A stretch of DNA of 64,000 bases from Octopus vulgaris (GCA_951406725.2 OX597827.1:38440001-38504000), one strand, 5' to 3'. Shown: positions 1 through 13,568, counted from the first letter of the stretch. The notes: generated from the letters alone by a model not told the origin. Numbers and translations: made by a program.

Positions 1-364
1 GTTGTTGTTGTGAATGCTGGAGTATTTTACTGATTCTGAGTTTTAAGCTGTATTATTCTTGTTATGTGACACAAGAAATTTGGCTGAGGATGCAATGTAG
101 CTTAAAAAGATTCACTCCATGTCTTCGTTCATTAAAAGATGTGCCAGCATGAAATGATAGATGTAGTATATATTGCTAGCATTATCATCATAACTCTTTT
201 TACATCTGCTTTTCTGTACCAGCATGGGTTGGATGAGACTTTTTAAGTAGTCTTTTATGGCTAGACACCTTTCAGTTGTCTCTTAATTGCATGCAAGGAG
301 GCAGTGTATCTATCCTAAAAATCAGGGTGCACACCATGTTTCCTAAAAAACGGGAATTCACATT

Positions 365-403
<39 letters not shown>

Positions 404-529
404 AAAAGGTGGTTTTCTTCTAATTTATTTATATATATATATGTTACATTTATATATTTTTTATTGGCTAAACTGGCAAAATGACCATTCCTAAATACAA
501 CAATATATATATATATGTATACATTCATA

Positions 530-725
530 CAGTAATTCCTTGACTATCATGGGTGTTACATTCCAAAATCTGGTGAAAATCCGCAAAGTAGAAACAGTAC
601 TGTACTGTATATTTTTTTAATATAATTTGTATGTATTCATTTTATTATAAATGCAAAACAACACCACAGAGGAATCAAAATAAACTTAAATAATAAACCG
701 TGATAGGTGAACCGCGATATGGTGG
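530..725. mobile_element. Tigger/pogo-like MITE remnant
   Basis: Starts TA|CAGTAATTCCTTGAC; carries CCGCAAAGTAG and GTGAACCGCGATAT motifs typical of Tigger-type MITEs; 3' TIR truncated. Confidence 0.45.
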
Positions 726-729
726 GTAG

Positions 730-965
730 TTTCTCATAGTCCAAGAGAGATGGTTCTGCAATTTCTTGCTGCTCAATCTGGACAAATGATTTGTTTATAG
801 CAATCAAATCATACATTGCCTGAACAGGTGCATGGTCCGCTGCATGTCAGATGTTGAAGCGATTGCAGAGCAACATGAGTTGAAGTGTTTTGCTCAAGAA
901 CCCAACACGCCAGGAATTGAAGCCATGATCTCACAATTGTGAGTGCCAGGCCATATGGCTTCACC
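730..965 (-). mobile_element. tRNA-derived SINE, family C (degenerate)
   Basis: GAAGTGTTTTGCTCAAGAACCCAACAC...GGAATTGAAGCC (reverse-complemented B box); similar to copies at 9720, 57600 and 59455. Confidence 0.55.
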
Positions 966-1004
966 ATACACACACACAGACACACACACATATAGTGTGC
1001 ATAT

Positions 1005-1260
1005 CATCATCATTTGATGTCCGTTTTCAATGCTGGCATGGGTTGGATGGTTTGACAGGTGTCAGCAAGCTGGAGAGCTGCACCAGGCTCCAGTTATCTG
1101 TTTTGGTATGGTTTCTATGGCTGGATGTCATCCTAACACCACCAACCACTTTACAGAGTGCACTGGGTGCATTTTATGTGGCACCAACACAGGTGCTTTA
1201 TACATGGCACTAGCACTAGTGCTTTTTATGTGGTACCAGCATATGCTTTTCATGTGACAT
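1005..1260 (-). mobile_element. SINE or LINE 3' end, family D, with (GAT)n tail
   Basis: CATCATCAT..TTTTCAATGCTGGCATGGGTTGGA...GGCTGGATGTCATCCTAACACC; recurs at about 180-290, 21880-22080, 50085-50240 and 52160-52550. Confidence 0.65.
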
Positions 1261-1511
1261 CAGCACAGGCATGGCACACTTGCTTCCCAATCACATAGGT
1301 CTGGGTTCAATCCCACTACATGGCACCTTAGGCGAATGTCTTCTACTATAGCTTTGAGCTGAACAAAGCCTTGTGAGTGGATCTGGTAAACAGAAACTGA
1401 AAGATGCCCATTGTGTGTGTGTGGTGTGCGTATTAAAATCTGTCAAGTCAAGTAATTTGAATAGTACGAAGCTGTTGCAATATCACAGTGATATGGTGGT
1501 GGAGGGTCTAC

Positions 1512-1740
1512 CTATTTCTTTACTACCCACAAGGGGCTAAACACAGAGAGGACAAACAAGGACAGACAAACAGATTAAGTCGATTATATCAACCCCAGTG
1601 CGTAACTGGCACTTATTTAATCGACCCCGAAAGGATGAAAGGCAAAGTCGACCTCGGCGGAATTTGAACTCAGAACGTAGCGGCAGATGAATTACTGCTA
1701 AGCATTTCACTCAGCATGCTAACGATTCTGCCAGCTCGCC
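1512..1740 (-). mobile_element. SINE family B, full length with TSD
   Basis: Reverse complement of GGCGAGCTGGCAG...GAGTTCAAATTCC...GCCTTTCATCCTTTCGGGGTCGAT; flanked by direct repeat TGGTGGTGGAGGGTCTACC. Confidence 0.85.
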
Positions 1741-1759
1741 GATGGTGGTGGTGGAGGGT

Positions 1760-2560
1760 CTACCACCATCCATAACTACCTCTGCTACTACTACCTTCAC
1801 AACCACTAATTCCACAACCAATCACCACAACCTCTACAACCTACACTACCACACTCAATACCACGAGCACCATAACTACCACCACCACCTCTACCTAGCA
1901 CCATCCACTACCACTACCACAACCACCACACTCACCACTACCACCATGACTACTGCAGCAACATTTAGCATGTTTGTTATTTGTGTTGTTATTGTTGTTG
2001 TTGCTGTTTATGTTGTCGTTGCAACACCCACCTCCCTCCTGCCCACTTCAGACCACCTCACCCCCAATGCTTCCAGACCTTTCCCCCCCACACACCATTA
2101 ACCTCCTTGTCCCTTTTATGATCCATACCACTGCCCCCTCTCCATTGTATGCTTTCACACCCCCTCTTCCTTCTCCTCCTTTCTCACTCCTCCCCTACTC
2201 TTTTTGTCATCATCATTAATTCACTTCATTCTCCCTCCTGTCAAGGTCCACACACATAATCTCACTTCTGTTGCTGTCATCATCATCATCATCATCAACT
2301 CACCTTATGATCTTCCTCCATCACCACCTTGCTTGTATCCCACCCTCACCCATCATCGATCCTTCTTGTTCCCACTGACCACTTCACACTTCACTTCTAC
2401 TCGTATCAGTGAGCAGAGATCTTAACTTTCATCAATGTCCGGGATCACTGATCCTGCCTGTGATCCTACAACCACCACCTCTACTGTCTCTCCTCTTCAC
2501 CTTCCTCTCCTTCCTTCATCTCTTCTCAACCTTAATCAGTCCTTCCTATCTCAATGATAC
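1760..2560. repeat. Low-complexity CAC/ACC- and CT-rich tract
   Basis: Degenerate (ACC)n, (CAT)n and (CCT)n runs. Confidence 0.7.
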
Positions 2561-3370
2561 ACCCTGTTACTACCAATGGTGTTAGACCTTCTGCTAACAA
2601 CTCTTGCCATTAGAGATGCCTCTGCATCAATGATTCTCAAATCTTCTTCTGTCAGTTACTCCTCTTTCCTGCTGAAGTAAATTCCCTTTTGCCCCATAAA
2701 AATAATGCAAAGCCACCATAACAATATAGAAAAAAATATGATGGAACAACTTTTTTTTAATAAGGTTTGGCCCTACAGAATTGAGGAATTAATATGATTT
2801 AATTTCCAGGAATTGAATATCGTTATTTACCACCACCCCCTGTCATGTAAATTTTTACTCCTGGACAAGAATCACTGCATTATGTGGTTGCTCAACCTGC
2901 TAGAAAACACAGTTCAATCTACCTCAAATCATCCCCAGTTATCTTAAAATAAAAAATAAATAAAATAAAAAGCAAAGAATTACATTCAACAAAGTGATCC
3001 TATATATATAAAATATAAAATAAAAAATGGGATTGTCAGTGCTTGAAAGCCTTTGATCATAGGTCTACTTGATTAGAGCTAACCTGGGGTTAAACTGCTG
3101 CTGCTGCTAATACTGTCATCTTCGTTATCACCATCTCCATCATTTCATCATGGTCACTGCTCACCTGTAGAAGATCCTGATGACCCAAGGCCCTTAATCC
3201 TAATGGCCACACTCCCACCCCAACCCCACTACTACTGCCATCACCAGCTGAAGCCTCCCCACTCCTGCCCTCTCTTCCTGCCATGGTACCGAGTAAAGGT
3301 AAAAGTTTAAGAAAGGGTGATGCAAGCATATATGTTGTACCCTCTAAATGTTGTATTTTTACCTGTCCAG

Positions 3371-3412
3371 GTTTACAGCCCCAGGCCTCTAAGTTCCGGC
3401 CAGCATCTTCAG
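3371..3412 (+). CDS. SMAD4: Smad4/Medea linker exon, (G)LQPQASKFRPASS(G), 42 nt, phase 1-1
   Basis: Acceptor ttttacctgtccag and strong donor CAG|gtgagt; open in phase 1; joins in frame to the 17977 exon. Gene assignment is inherited from the 54430 exon. Confidence 0.7.
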
Positions 3413-3555
3413 GTGAGTCACTCTACTACTGCCTTTTCCACCTTTTCTGTTACATTTTCCTAACGTTGCTACACACCTCCATCGCAGTCTTTTATCTCCA
3501 AACAACAGTGTATTATAAGTGTGTGGAGGGGGGAATGTGTGTCTGTGATTATATA

Positions 3556-3627
<72 letters not shown>

Positions 3628-3723
3628 TTTATATATATGGCAAGCATGTGTGTATATGTGTGTATGTGTATACATGTATACATATTTATGTATGTGTCAT
3701 GTGTCTGAGTGTGTTTCTATATA

Positions 3724-4599
3724 CAAGGTCTGATCAATAAGTATCCAGACTGTTGCCATAGTAATGAAGCTAAAGTACACAGAGTGAAGATGCTTGGCAA
3801 AGATTCACCTTGAACTCTGGTGTGCATGTGCACTAAGTTTTAACACTCTAGCTCACTTCCACTGTTTACAGCAGTACTTGGAAGGAAGGTGTGTGGCATG
3901 TGATCATATTGAACATAACAGAGAAAGTTGCCTTGACAATACCTGCTCAGAGGCCTACGCAAAGTTGCAGAAAGTGTGTGGAGAGGAGTGTATGGATGGT
4001 TCAGACATTTCCAAGATGGCCAAAAAAATGTTGATATTGATGACTGTTCTGGGAGACCCACAACCAGCAGAACTGAGAAAAACATTGTAGATGTGTGTGT
4101 AGCTGTGAGGGGAAATCATCAGATCACCATCCGTGAGTTATCAGAGGATGTGCAGAATAGTTACAGTTCAGTTCAGTCCATTATCACTGTAGATTTGGGT
4201 ATAAGACATGTGTCTGCTGTGTTTGTGCCACAGCTGCTTTCAGCTGACCAAAAAGACACTCAGGTTTCAGTTGCACATGGTCTCCTTGATTGTGTCAAGA
4301 ACAATGAAGGTCGACTTTTTGAAAATTTGTGTAGGCCTCTGAGCAGGTATCACCAAGCTTTTAGCAAAATTTGATGCACATTCTCTGCTCAACCTTCTCT
4401 GTCATGGTTAATGCGATGATCACACACTACACACCTTCCTTCCAAGTACTGCTGTAAACAGCAGAAGTGATCTGGAATGTTAAAATTTAGTGCGCATGCA
4501 CAGCAGAGTTGTAGTTCAGTCTGTGCCGAGCGGCTTCACTCTGCATACTTTAGCTTTGTTACTACGGCAACAGTCCGGATACTTATTGATCAGACCACA
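3724..4599 (+). mobile_element. Internally deleted mariner element with long inverted arms
   Basis: TA flanks; TIR CAAGGTCTGATCAATAAGTATCC; ORF 3976-4374 has mariner HTH/linker motifs (WFRHFQDG..DD.SGRP, ITIRELS, FVPQLL resembling WVPHEL). Confidence 0.9.
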
Positions 4600-4891
4600 T
4601 ATATATACACACACAATGTACATACATGTATATGTATACATATTCAAAAGCAAATATTCACATATATATGCATGTGTGTATGTATATATATATACTTGTG
4701 TGTATGCATCTGTATGTATATGTGGTGTGTGTATACATACATACATGTATATGCTGGGCTGTCTTAGCAGTATTGTAGGCCCCCAAGCAAATTAGTTTAG
4801 TGGGCCCTGTAGTGTTTATTTATTGACAGAAACGTAGAATATACATAAATCAGAATTGGATCCCTTGCCCTGTCAAGCCTCTGGGCTACTA

Positions 4892-5028
<137 letters not shown>

Positions 5029-5079
5029 GTCCCACAATTTCAGGCCTTGTGCCTATAGTAGAAAGGATTATTATTATTG

Positions 5080-5290
5080 TGGTGAGCTGGCAGAATCATT
5101 ATCACTCTGGACGAAATGCTTAGCGGCATTTCGCCTGTCGCTACATTCTGAATTCAAATTCTGCTGGGGTTGACTTTGTCTTTCATTCTTTCAGAGGTCG
5201 ATAAATTAAGTACTAGCGAAACACTGGGGTCGGTGTAATTGACTAGTCCCCTCCCCCCAAATTTCAGGCCTTGTGCTTTTAGTAGAAAGT
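5080..5290 (+). mobile_element. SINE family B within (ATT)n
   Basis: GGTGAGCTGGCAGAATC head, conserved central CTTTCATTCTTTCAGAGGTCGATAAATTAAGTAC block, AGTAGAAAG tail followed by (ATT)n. Confidence 0.85.
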
Positions 5291-5305
5291 ATTATTATTA
5301 TTATT

Positions 5306-6393
5306 GTTGTTGTTGCCTTTGCACAGCTTCTAATGCTGGAGATGTACTACAGTGTCAGCTGTTCACTACCAGTCAACTAAGGTAACACCTCTTATTTTTC
5401 GAGCACCTTCTGGAGTATTCAAGTGGTCCCAAGCAGTGCTGTTTTCTACAAGTGCTCCACCCTTATTGCAGCCCCTATTTGTTCCACGTATTTCTCGAGA
5501 CTTTTGCTCACTGTTCCCTGGGCTCCGACAATTATTGGTTCTACTGCTACCTTTTTCAGCGACCACAACTGCTTAACTTCCCAAGCTAGCCTGTCATAAC
5601 TCTCGACTTTTCTTCCTTATCGCATACCTTGTTGTTGGCTGGGCATGCTATGTCTATGATCCAGCATAATTTGTTTTCTTTCTCAATTAAGACTATATCC
5701 AGCTTCCTATTCTCAATCTCATGGACGCACGGAATCATGAAATCCGATAGGATCTTTGCATTTCTATTTTCGACAATGCCTTCAGGTTTGTGGTCATTCC
5801 AATATTTTGCTCTGTCAAGTTCATACTTGTTGCAAAGTGTCCAATGGACAAGCCTGGCTATATTGTTGTGGCATCTCTTATATCCCTTCTGGGCTAGTGG
5901 CGTACATTGGCTGGTAATATGCCATACAGTTTCACTTTTTTTTCCACAGATTCTGCACTTATCACTTTCTGATGTGTTGTCTATTCTGTATTTTATGTAG
6001 TTTGTTCTTAGTGCTTGCTCTTGGGCAACACAGATTGGGGCCTTTGTTTCCGGGTTTTAAATCACTTTTAGTCATCCACAGCCATCTTTTTTCTCTATCT
6101 GTCTTATCTTCAACATCCCTATGAAATTGTCCATGCATTCTTTTCTTTATCCACCTATTTTCAGTTTCATTCATTTTCAATTTCTTATATAGTCCTTCAT
6201 TTTTGCAATCTTTCATCCTACACAAGCCTGACCTTCCTACTTCTGATAATAGCGGTTTTGTGACATTTTTTACATACCATGCTATGTTGTTTTTTCTGCT
6301 CTAATGCTGTGTTCGCATCCAATAAGTCCACTTCCCCCTCTTTTTCTTGGTACATACAGTCTTCCTGTGTCACTTTTTGGGTGGAGTGACCTA
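5306..6393 (-). mobile_element. 5'-truncated, frameshifted Dong/R4-clade non-LTR retrotransposon (RLE type)
   Basis: Minus strand encodes MHGQFHR..AQEQALRTNYIK..CRICGKKSETVWHITSQC (CCHC knuckle)..RKLDIVLI..IIDIACP (restriction-like endonuclease); both ends sit in (TAA)n. Confidence 0.85.
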
Positions 6394-6424
<31 letters not shown>

Positions 6425-6434
6425 TATTATTATT

Positions 6435-7545
6435 AAGGTAGCAAGCTGGCAAAATCATTAGCATGGTGGACAAAATGCTTAGTAGAATTTCATCTATCTT
6501 TACATTTTGAGTTCAAATTCTGCCGAGGTCAGTTTAACTTTTAAAGCTTTCAGAGTTGATAAAATAGTACTAGTTGAACATGAGATTGCTGCCCTTGTGC
6601 CAAAACTTCAAACATTATGGTTGTTGATGTTGTTAAGGTGGTCGAATGACTAACATGGCCCAATGAAAGTGTTTGGGAACACTTCACCCACGCGTAGACA
6701 AAATGCTTTGCGGCATTTCTTTCAGCTTTATGTTCCGAGTTCAAATACTGCTGAGGTCAACTTTGCCTTTCATCCTTTCGTGACTGATAAAATAATGTAC
6801 CAGTTTCAACATGGGTCAATGTAGTCAACACACCCCATTCTTTTATTATCACTGGTCTTGTGCCAGAATTTTAAACTATTATCATTATTATCATCATCAT
6901 CATTATAAACATCGCACAGTATATAATACAGTGAAATTGTTGATTGAAGATATTGCATCTACCAGGGGTTTGTACTGTTTGTCAAGTCACAACAAGGACC
7001 TCAGACAGACAATACTTTACACAATATGTGTGCAGTTCCAAGTAATGCCAACGTTTGCAATATACCTAGATTGTAGGGTATTTCTTAAGTTTTCAGATGT
7101 TTTTTTCAGATTGGGTGGTATTGAACTCAATGCTTCGATGACAATTATTATTATTATTATTATTATTATCATCATCATCATTAGGGTGGTGAGCTGGCAG
7201 AATTGTTAGGAAACCAGGCAAAATGCTTAGTGGCATTTCATTCACTTTCTGAGTTTAAATTCTCCTAAGGTTAACTTTGCCTTACATCCTTTTGGAGCCT
7301 ATACAATAAATATAAGTTGAGCATGGGGAGGCAGGGGTGTCAACATAATCGACTTACCCCCTCTTCCAATATTACTGGCCTTGTGCCAAAATTTGAAGCA
7401 TTATTATTCTTATTGTTATTATTATTATGGATTAGCAGAATCAATTGTGCAGAGAATAAAATGCCTTGTGGTATTTAGGTATGTCCTTTTACATTCAGAG
7501 TTCAAGTTTCACCATACTCAGCTACACCTTTTATCCTTCTGGGCC
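6435..7545 (+). mobile_element. Cluster of about 4 family B SINE copies, with a Dong/R4 3' fragment (6907-7143, minus strand)
   Basis: Repeated GCTGGCAGAA/GAGTTCAAAT/GCCTTTCATCC blocks separated by (ATT)n; the minus-strand fragment reads IVIEALSSIPPNLKK..ALLGTAHI. Confidence 0.75.
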
Positions 7546-8688
7546 CTATGTTACATATCATTATTATCATTGTCAAAACAATTACTTGTTGCTTAGCCTG
7601 AGGTTAGTACCGATTGTGCAGACCTTTGATTAAAAAGTGTTCTAACCATGACCATCTCGTCTTTATACATCTAAGGCCACCTTGATAGATGTGTGCTTCC
7701 CTTATCTAAGAGAAGGATTTTGGCTGATATTTCTAGCAGGTCAAGCAACTACATAGAGAGATTTTCATACACACAGGCTAGCAACAGTAAGCATGAATAG
7801 TGAGTCAGGTAATGGACAATCAATTGGGTGGTCAATAGTTCATATCCTGTTTCTAGCACTTAGTTCTTGTCTGTGGTCAAGATATTGGACTCTTGAATAT
7901 CATACATCACTTAACTGTTAAAGGATATTGTAAAAATGTACTCCTTGTATAGGTGAGGTCAGATGGCCAGAAGAGTAATCAAAACTGCAGAGTTTTTTCC
8001 AGTGGGTTTATTTTCCATTGACGGATAATGTCTGGTCAAGGAGGCAGTACAGAGAGCAAGACAAGGGAGGGAGGAAGAAGAGAGAGAGAGAGAGCAACGT
8101 GTGTCTGAAAACAAACAGATGGATAAAAAGGATCATCATAGGAAATTTTATCACTCCTAAAATGACCAGTTCACTGTCTCTAGTATGCAGCTGTATCTTT
8201 GCATTCCTTAAGTGGTCAGCTAGTCATACAACGCCACACAACAACTGACCGTAACACATACTTAGCTAGCCGATGGCAACTGTAGCTAATCCAAAATCCA
8301 ACTTCTGCTTCAAGCACAACTTCATGTCAGATCACTCTCTTTTTTGCGGAATAAACTATATTCTGTGTGAATGTGTGTCTATGCATGCCTGTGATTGTGT
8401 GGATGCTTCTCTGTGCATGTGTGCGTGTTATGATGATATTCAACACATATACCCCCACACACATGTATATATGTGCGTGTGTGTGTGTGTGTATGCATAT
8501 ATAGACATATATACACGTGTATGTATATATATATAAATGTGTGTGTGTGTGCATATATATATACATATAGAAATCTACATGTATGTATGTGTGTATATAT
8601 ATATATATATATCCTCATCGTTGTTTAACATCCATTTTCCATGCTAGTAGGGGTTGGACATATATACATATACATGTATGTGTATATG

Positions 8689-8722
<34 letters not shown>

Positions 8723-9719
8723 TACATATATGTATACACATACATTTATGTATGCACATATACACACACGCACACATGAATGTGTGTATTTGTGCATGTA
8801 TAGACACATGCATATACCAGTGTATGTGTGTGTTAGAGAGATTAAAGTGACACAACGATAAATCCCATCCACACCCATTTGTTACAAATATATATATTTC
8901 TTATGAAAATATTTTTATTTATCCCTGGTCTTTGAGATATGAATCATCCAAAGTCCATAGTGACATCTCTGTGTTTGCGTGTGCGTCTAGGTTACCGTGA
9001 CCTTGTGATGTATATCATCATCATCATCACCATCATCGTCATCTAGTTGTTGTAGAAAGAAAGAAACAGTTGATCCATATTAGTTAGCATTTAAAATTAG
9101 GAAAAGAGAAATGCTGTAATTGAATCCTTCTGTTCCATCTCTTGTCTTTCATTTTGATGGCAGTTCTAAAATTTACAATAAATGTAAGTTTTTGAAAATA
9201 ATCCTGACCAAATTTAACTGTTGTACTTTTGGTGGCAGTTTCATATTATCTGAATCTCCTTGGTTATGTTTTTAATTATTCTTAACTTTGTATTCGAATT
9301 TGGTTCATATTTAGCTACTAGAATCTTGAAAATGATTTTTATGCTTGTGGTTATTCTAAATTATAAATTCTTGATGAGATTCAGCCTCCACGTTTTGCTT
9401 TTGTTATACAGTGTCTGAATGTTCTTTATTGTGTGTCAAATTTATGTTCATATCATTGGTTTTTGGTTAATTTATCTTAAGAAAGGATCCTTCTCCTCCA
9501 TTTCCTTGTATGTGATTTGGAGACATTTCTAAATAAATTTCTCATCAGATTTCTTTCCCTGATCTTAACTGTACACTGTCTGCCACCAGTGACCAAGTCA
9601 TATACCTCTCAAATGACCCCCCACACACACACACACATACCTGTTCGATCTACTTTGTAAACTGTTATCATGTATTAGGAAGTACTTGCTATTACAAAAT
9701 ATGAAACTCATAAGGGTTC

Positions 9720-9955
9720 CTTTGGGGTGTCCTTCCTGAGTAAGAAACTCATTGGGCTGGTTTGTCTGGTGTATATATACCCCATCTGGCGGGACACTGG
9801 TCCATCGCAGAATTACTTATTTTTGCCAGCTGAGTGGATTGGAGTAACGTGAGATGAAGTGTTTTGCTCAAGAAAACAATACATCGCTTGGTCCAGGAAT
9901 CAAAACCACACTCTTATAATCATGAGTCTAACACCTTAATTACTAAACCATACAC
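9720..9955 (-). mobile_element. tRNA-derived SINE, family C
   Basis: TTTTGCCAGCTGAGTGGATTGGAG..AAGTGTTTTGCTCAAGAA..CCAGGAATCAAAACC. Confidence 0.7.
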
Positions 9956-10989
9956 TTCAACTCCTTTAAGATGTATTATTACTTAATTCTACTCCTCCCC
10001 CCAACCCTTTTTGGGATTGTTTGTGTTGTATGGTGCATGGCCTGATGCACACTTCATATAAATCCTTAATTGATTACTAACTGTTACTTCATATCAAACT
10101 ACCACAATAACAGTGAGGGTATTATTGTTTTATTTCATCTTTTGTTTCAGTGGTGATTCTGAATTATAAATTACTGATCAAATTCAGAGACCCCACTCTC
10201 CCTATTGCCTGAATATTAATTATGCATTACATTTCGGTTTATATTTGGTTATTAGAATCGATTTCAAAGTGATTGACCCATTTATTTTAAAGCATATCCT
10301 ATTGGCAGTATGAGTGCCATGGCATTGTGTAGAAGTTTCTGGACAAGCCATTTCTGCGATAAAGATTAGATACCAAGTTTAGACATATCATTTCACTTCA
10401 CTTCACATACCTGCACTGTTCTGTTGCTTATAGCCTGGAGAGAATCTCTGTACAAAATATAGAATTGCTATTGTTCTCTCAATATACTGTTAAATGTTAT
10501 GTACAGGATAGTAATATTGTAACCTTTAGCTGTTGTTTTTGTTGTCTGATATTGTCTTATGTTTATGATATAGAGTAACGCTTATTAACACCATAGCTAG
10601 GTTTGTAGTTAAACTATAATGTAATATGTAATGTATATTCTGATATTGTAGTTAGGTCAGTGGTTATAATGTGATTCATAAAAATAGATTCAATGAAGCT
10701 GTGAGATTTCTCATGGCACAATTCAAGACATATTAAATAAGTTTTGTGGCACAAAATCTCTGTAGACTAATGTCTCTTGTGTACAGTGACACAGTGATGA
10801 CATGTTCTGTGTAAGGAAGCAGAAAGACGCCATCACCAAAGATCTAATTATTTCATATTGTGGGGGATTTTGATTTCATTGTTACAATTATTAAAAATTA
10901 CTATAAAGTATTTCTTAACTTCACTGCATCTCAATCAGTTCTTCACTCTTTGAGCATCTTTAGGTGCCATGTTCTTCCTATGATCTCTT

Positions 10990-11021
<32 letters not shown>

Positions 11022-11149
11022 ACTCATTCTGTCTCAATGTATATATTGAGAGAAAGAGAGACTTAGCTAGCTTATATATATGTAATAGACAGATATTATA
11101 TGTATAGATATTAAATGCCTATATCATATATATGTATGTATATATAAGT

Positions 11150-11995
11150 ATATAAAATGTGTGTGTATGTGTGTATCGGTATGTCCTCATTTTGCACCAA
11201 AACGGCTTGACCGATTTTTCTTAAACTTCACACGCACATTGCTTATGTGTCTGGGGAGGTTTTAAGTATAAATTGATTTCAAAAAAATGTTCGGGTAAAC
11301 GGCAGGAGGAATAACATTTGTGTGCAGTTGAACAGCAGGTGTAATTATTTTAAGTTTCCAAGGGAAATAACCCATTCCCGCCTTCGTAAATTATTTGGTA
11401 AAAATGAAATTAAGTATACTTATTTCTTAATATTTGAACTATTTTAGTTATTTCCTCAATTTATCCAGTACAAGGATTGAACAAGTTAATAGTATTCTCC
11501 TAAACAATAGATCCACTTACTTTGATTAGTGACTTATGAATAGCGCTGCTGAGGCTAATATTTTCTGGGAATGCACAAAAGCTTTTTTCACAGTTAATTA
11601 CTTTGAATTGTTATTATTTCATCTGATTAGCCTCTTATTACATAACTTGTTTCATGATTTTAGTATACATACCTTATTAGTATTTCCTCCTAGGTTCTCC
11701 ATACTGTGGGAATGCATTAAAGCTTTTTTCGGGGCTACTTTATTTGAATTCTTAGTATAGGGTAATTAATTTCATGTTATTACATAACTGACTTCACAAT
11801 TTGGGTATTCATAACTTATTGGGAATTCCAAAAAACAAGATTCTATGTAAGACAGTTCGGTATCCTCAGTAAATACACAAAAACCATTTTAAGGGCTACA
11901 TACTTTGTATTGTTGTACTGGATTAGCGAAACAATTATGAGAATGGAACCAAGGGATAAGCCCGCTTTCCTGGGAATTACCAGGCATATCACCTG

Positions 11996-11997
<2 letters not shown>
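11150..11997 (+). mobile_element. Non-autonomous Helitron-like element
   Basis: 5' TATATAAAA plus TG microsatellite, then AAAACGGCTTGACCGATTTTTCTTAAACTT motif; 3' hairpin CCTGG..CCAGG followed by a decayed CTRR. Confidence 0.55.
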
Positions 11998-12031
<34 letters not shown>

Positions 12032-12039
12032 CCACCTAT

Positions 12040-12663
12040 ATATATGGATATATATAGAGAGAGAGATATGTGTGTGTGTGTGTGTATATGCTTTCGGTCC
12101 AAATAGTTTTGTTATACGATGCCGTATTTTACAATCCTGTAAATAATGATAATGGTATTTTTATATAAGCTTACAGTTTATGGCATTCACCGTGCAATGG
12201 CTAAGGAAAATAGTCTAATGACAGGGCATATAAGCCCTTGACAGAAAAAAGAAGGCTTTCCCATCCACATGTAAAGGTAACACACTTAGTCATGTTAACA
12301 AAGGGATGTGTTTATTATACCCTCAGGCTGACCAAAACCTTGTGAGTGGATTTCGTACTCGGAAACTGAAAGAAGACTGTCGTATATATGTGTATATTTG
12401 TGTATGTGTGTGCCTGTTTCTTGTGTTTGTACTCCCACCATTGCAGACAATTGATGTTGCTGTGTTTATATTCCCATAACTTAAGCGGTTTGGTAAAAGA
12501 CACTGACAGAATGAGTACTAGGCTTACAAAGAATAAATCCTGTGGTTGATTTCTTCGACCAACGGCGGTGCTCCAGCATGGCCTCAGTCACATGACTGAA
12601 ACAAGGAAAGCAATAAAAATCTATGCCATTTTAATCCCGAGCAAGGCCGGGTATCTCTGCTAG
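12040..12663 (+). mobile_element. Helitron-like element carrying a nested family A SINE (about 12320-12615)
   Basis: 3' terminal hairpin CCCGAGCAAGGCCGGG, then TATCTCTG-CTAG|T. Confidence 0.6.
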
Positions 12664-12850
12664 TATATCACTAGCCACTATACATTCTTTATTTTCTCTC
12701 CTTGTTTCTTTCTGTGTTCCTTTCTATGGAAGAGCGTAGGCTCGAAACATTAAAGTCTTTTTCACTTCCTGAGCATTATACTAATACATCTGTTTGTTGT
12801 CTACACCACCTGTCTTTGTCTTTTATTTTTTTTTTTTTTTTGTGAATTCT

Positions 12851-12899
<49 letters not shown>

Positions 12900-13568
12900 T
12901 ATATATACAACTGGCACTCTATCAGTTGGGACAATGTGGGTTCCAGTTGATATGATCAACAGAACAGCCTACTCATGTAATTTACATGTAAGTGACTGAG
13001 CTGTGCACAGACACATGTACCCTTAATGTATAACTCAGGGAGATTCAGCATGAAACACCAATGTCACAAAGCTGGCCCTTTGAAGTACAAGTATTTTTCA
13101 TTTTGTGTGTATATGTAGGCATGTGTGTGTGTGTATTCTATAAATAACTTTCTTAGAAACAGCTTTCTTCCTGGAATGTAAAACCTGAGAGTGGCCAGTG
13201 TGTTGAGTATCTTTAATGATGTTGTCAAACAGCAGTGCAGCAGGGTTATCAATGTAATGTCTATCAGCACCACCTCATATCTTTCTGTTTCCCATAAGGA
13301 ATAATACAATATTATACATTAGAAATCATTAATATTACAGTAGCAAAAACTATAGCGCCGTATTTTAATTACATTCCTTAATGTTACAGACACCAAAATT
13401 TGAGCACAGGTCCTGTAGGAACCTTGTCATTCAAAAGGTTACGAGAACATGAAGAGAACACTGCAAGTTGAAGAGATGTCAAGCCTCTCAGCCAAGCAGA
13501 AAACAGTACTGTTGTATAATTGGCAATCATTTTATTGGCTTGAAGTGCAGAATTCAATATCTTCACTT

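Noticed and set aside
1742-2425. Thr/His/Pro-rich ORFs
   Set aside because: Low-complexity trinucleotide sequence starting in a SINE TSD, with no convincing splice signals
7940-7958. CTCCTTGTATAG|GTGAGG as a recursive splice site
   Set aside because: Short pyrimidine tract and weaker motif; could easily arise by chance in 64 kb
9164-9183. 20-nt ag...gtaagt microexon candidate
   Set aside because: Not a multiple of 3; AT-rich; modest acceptor
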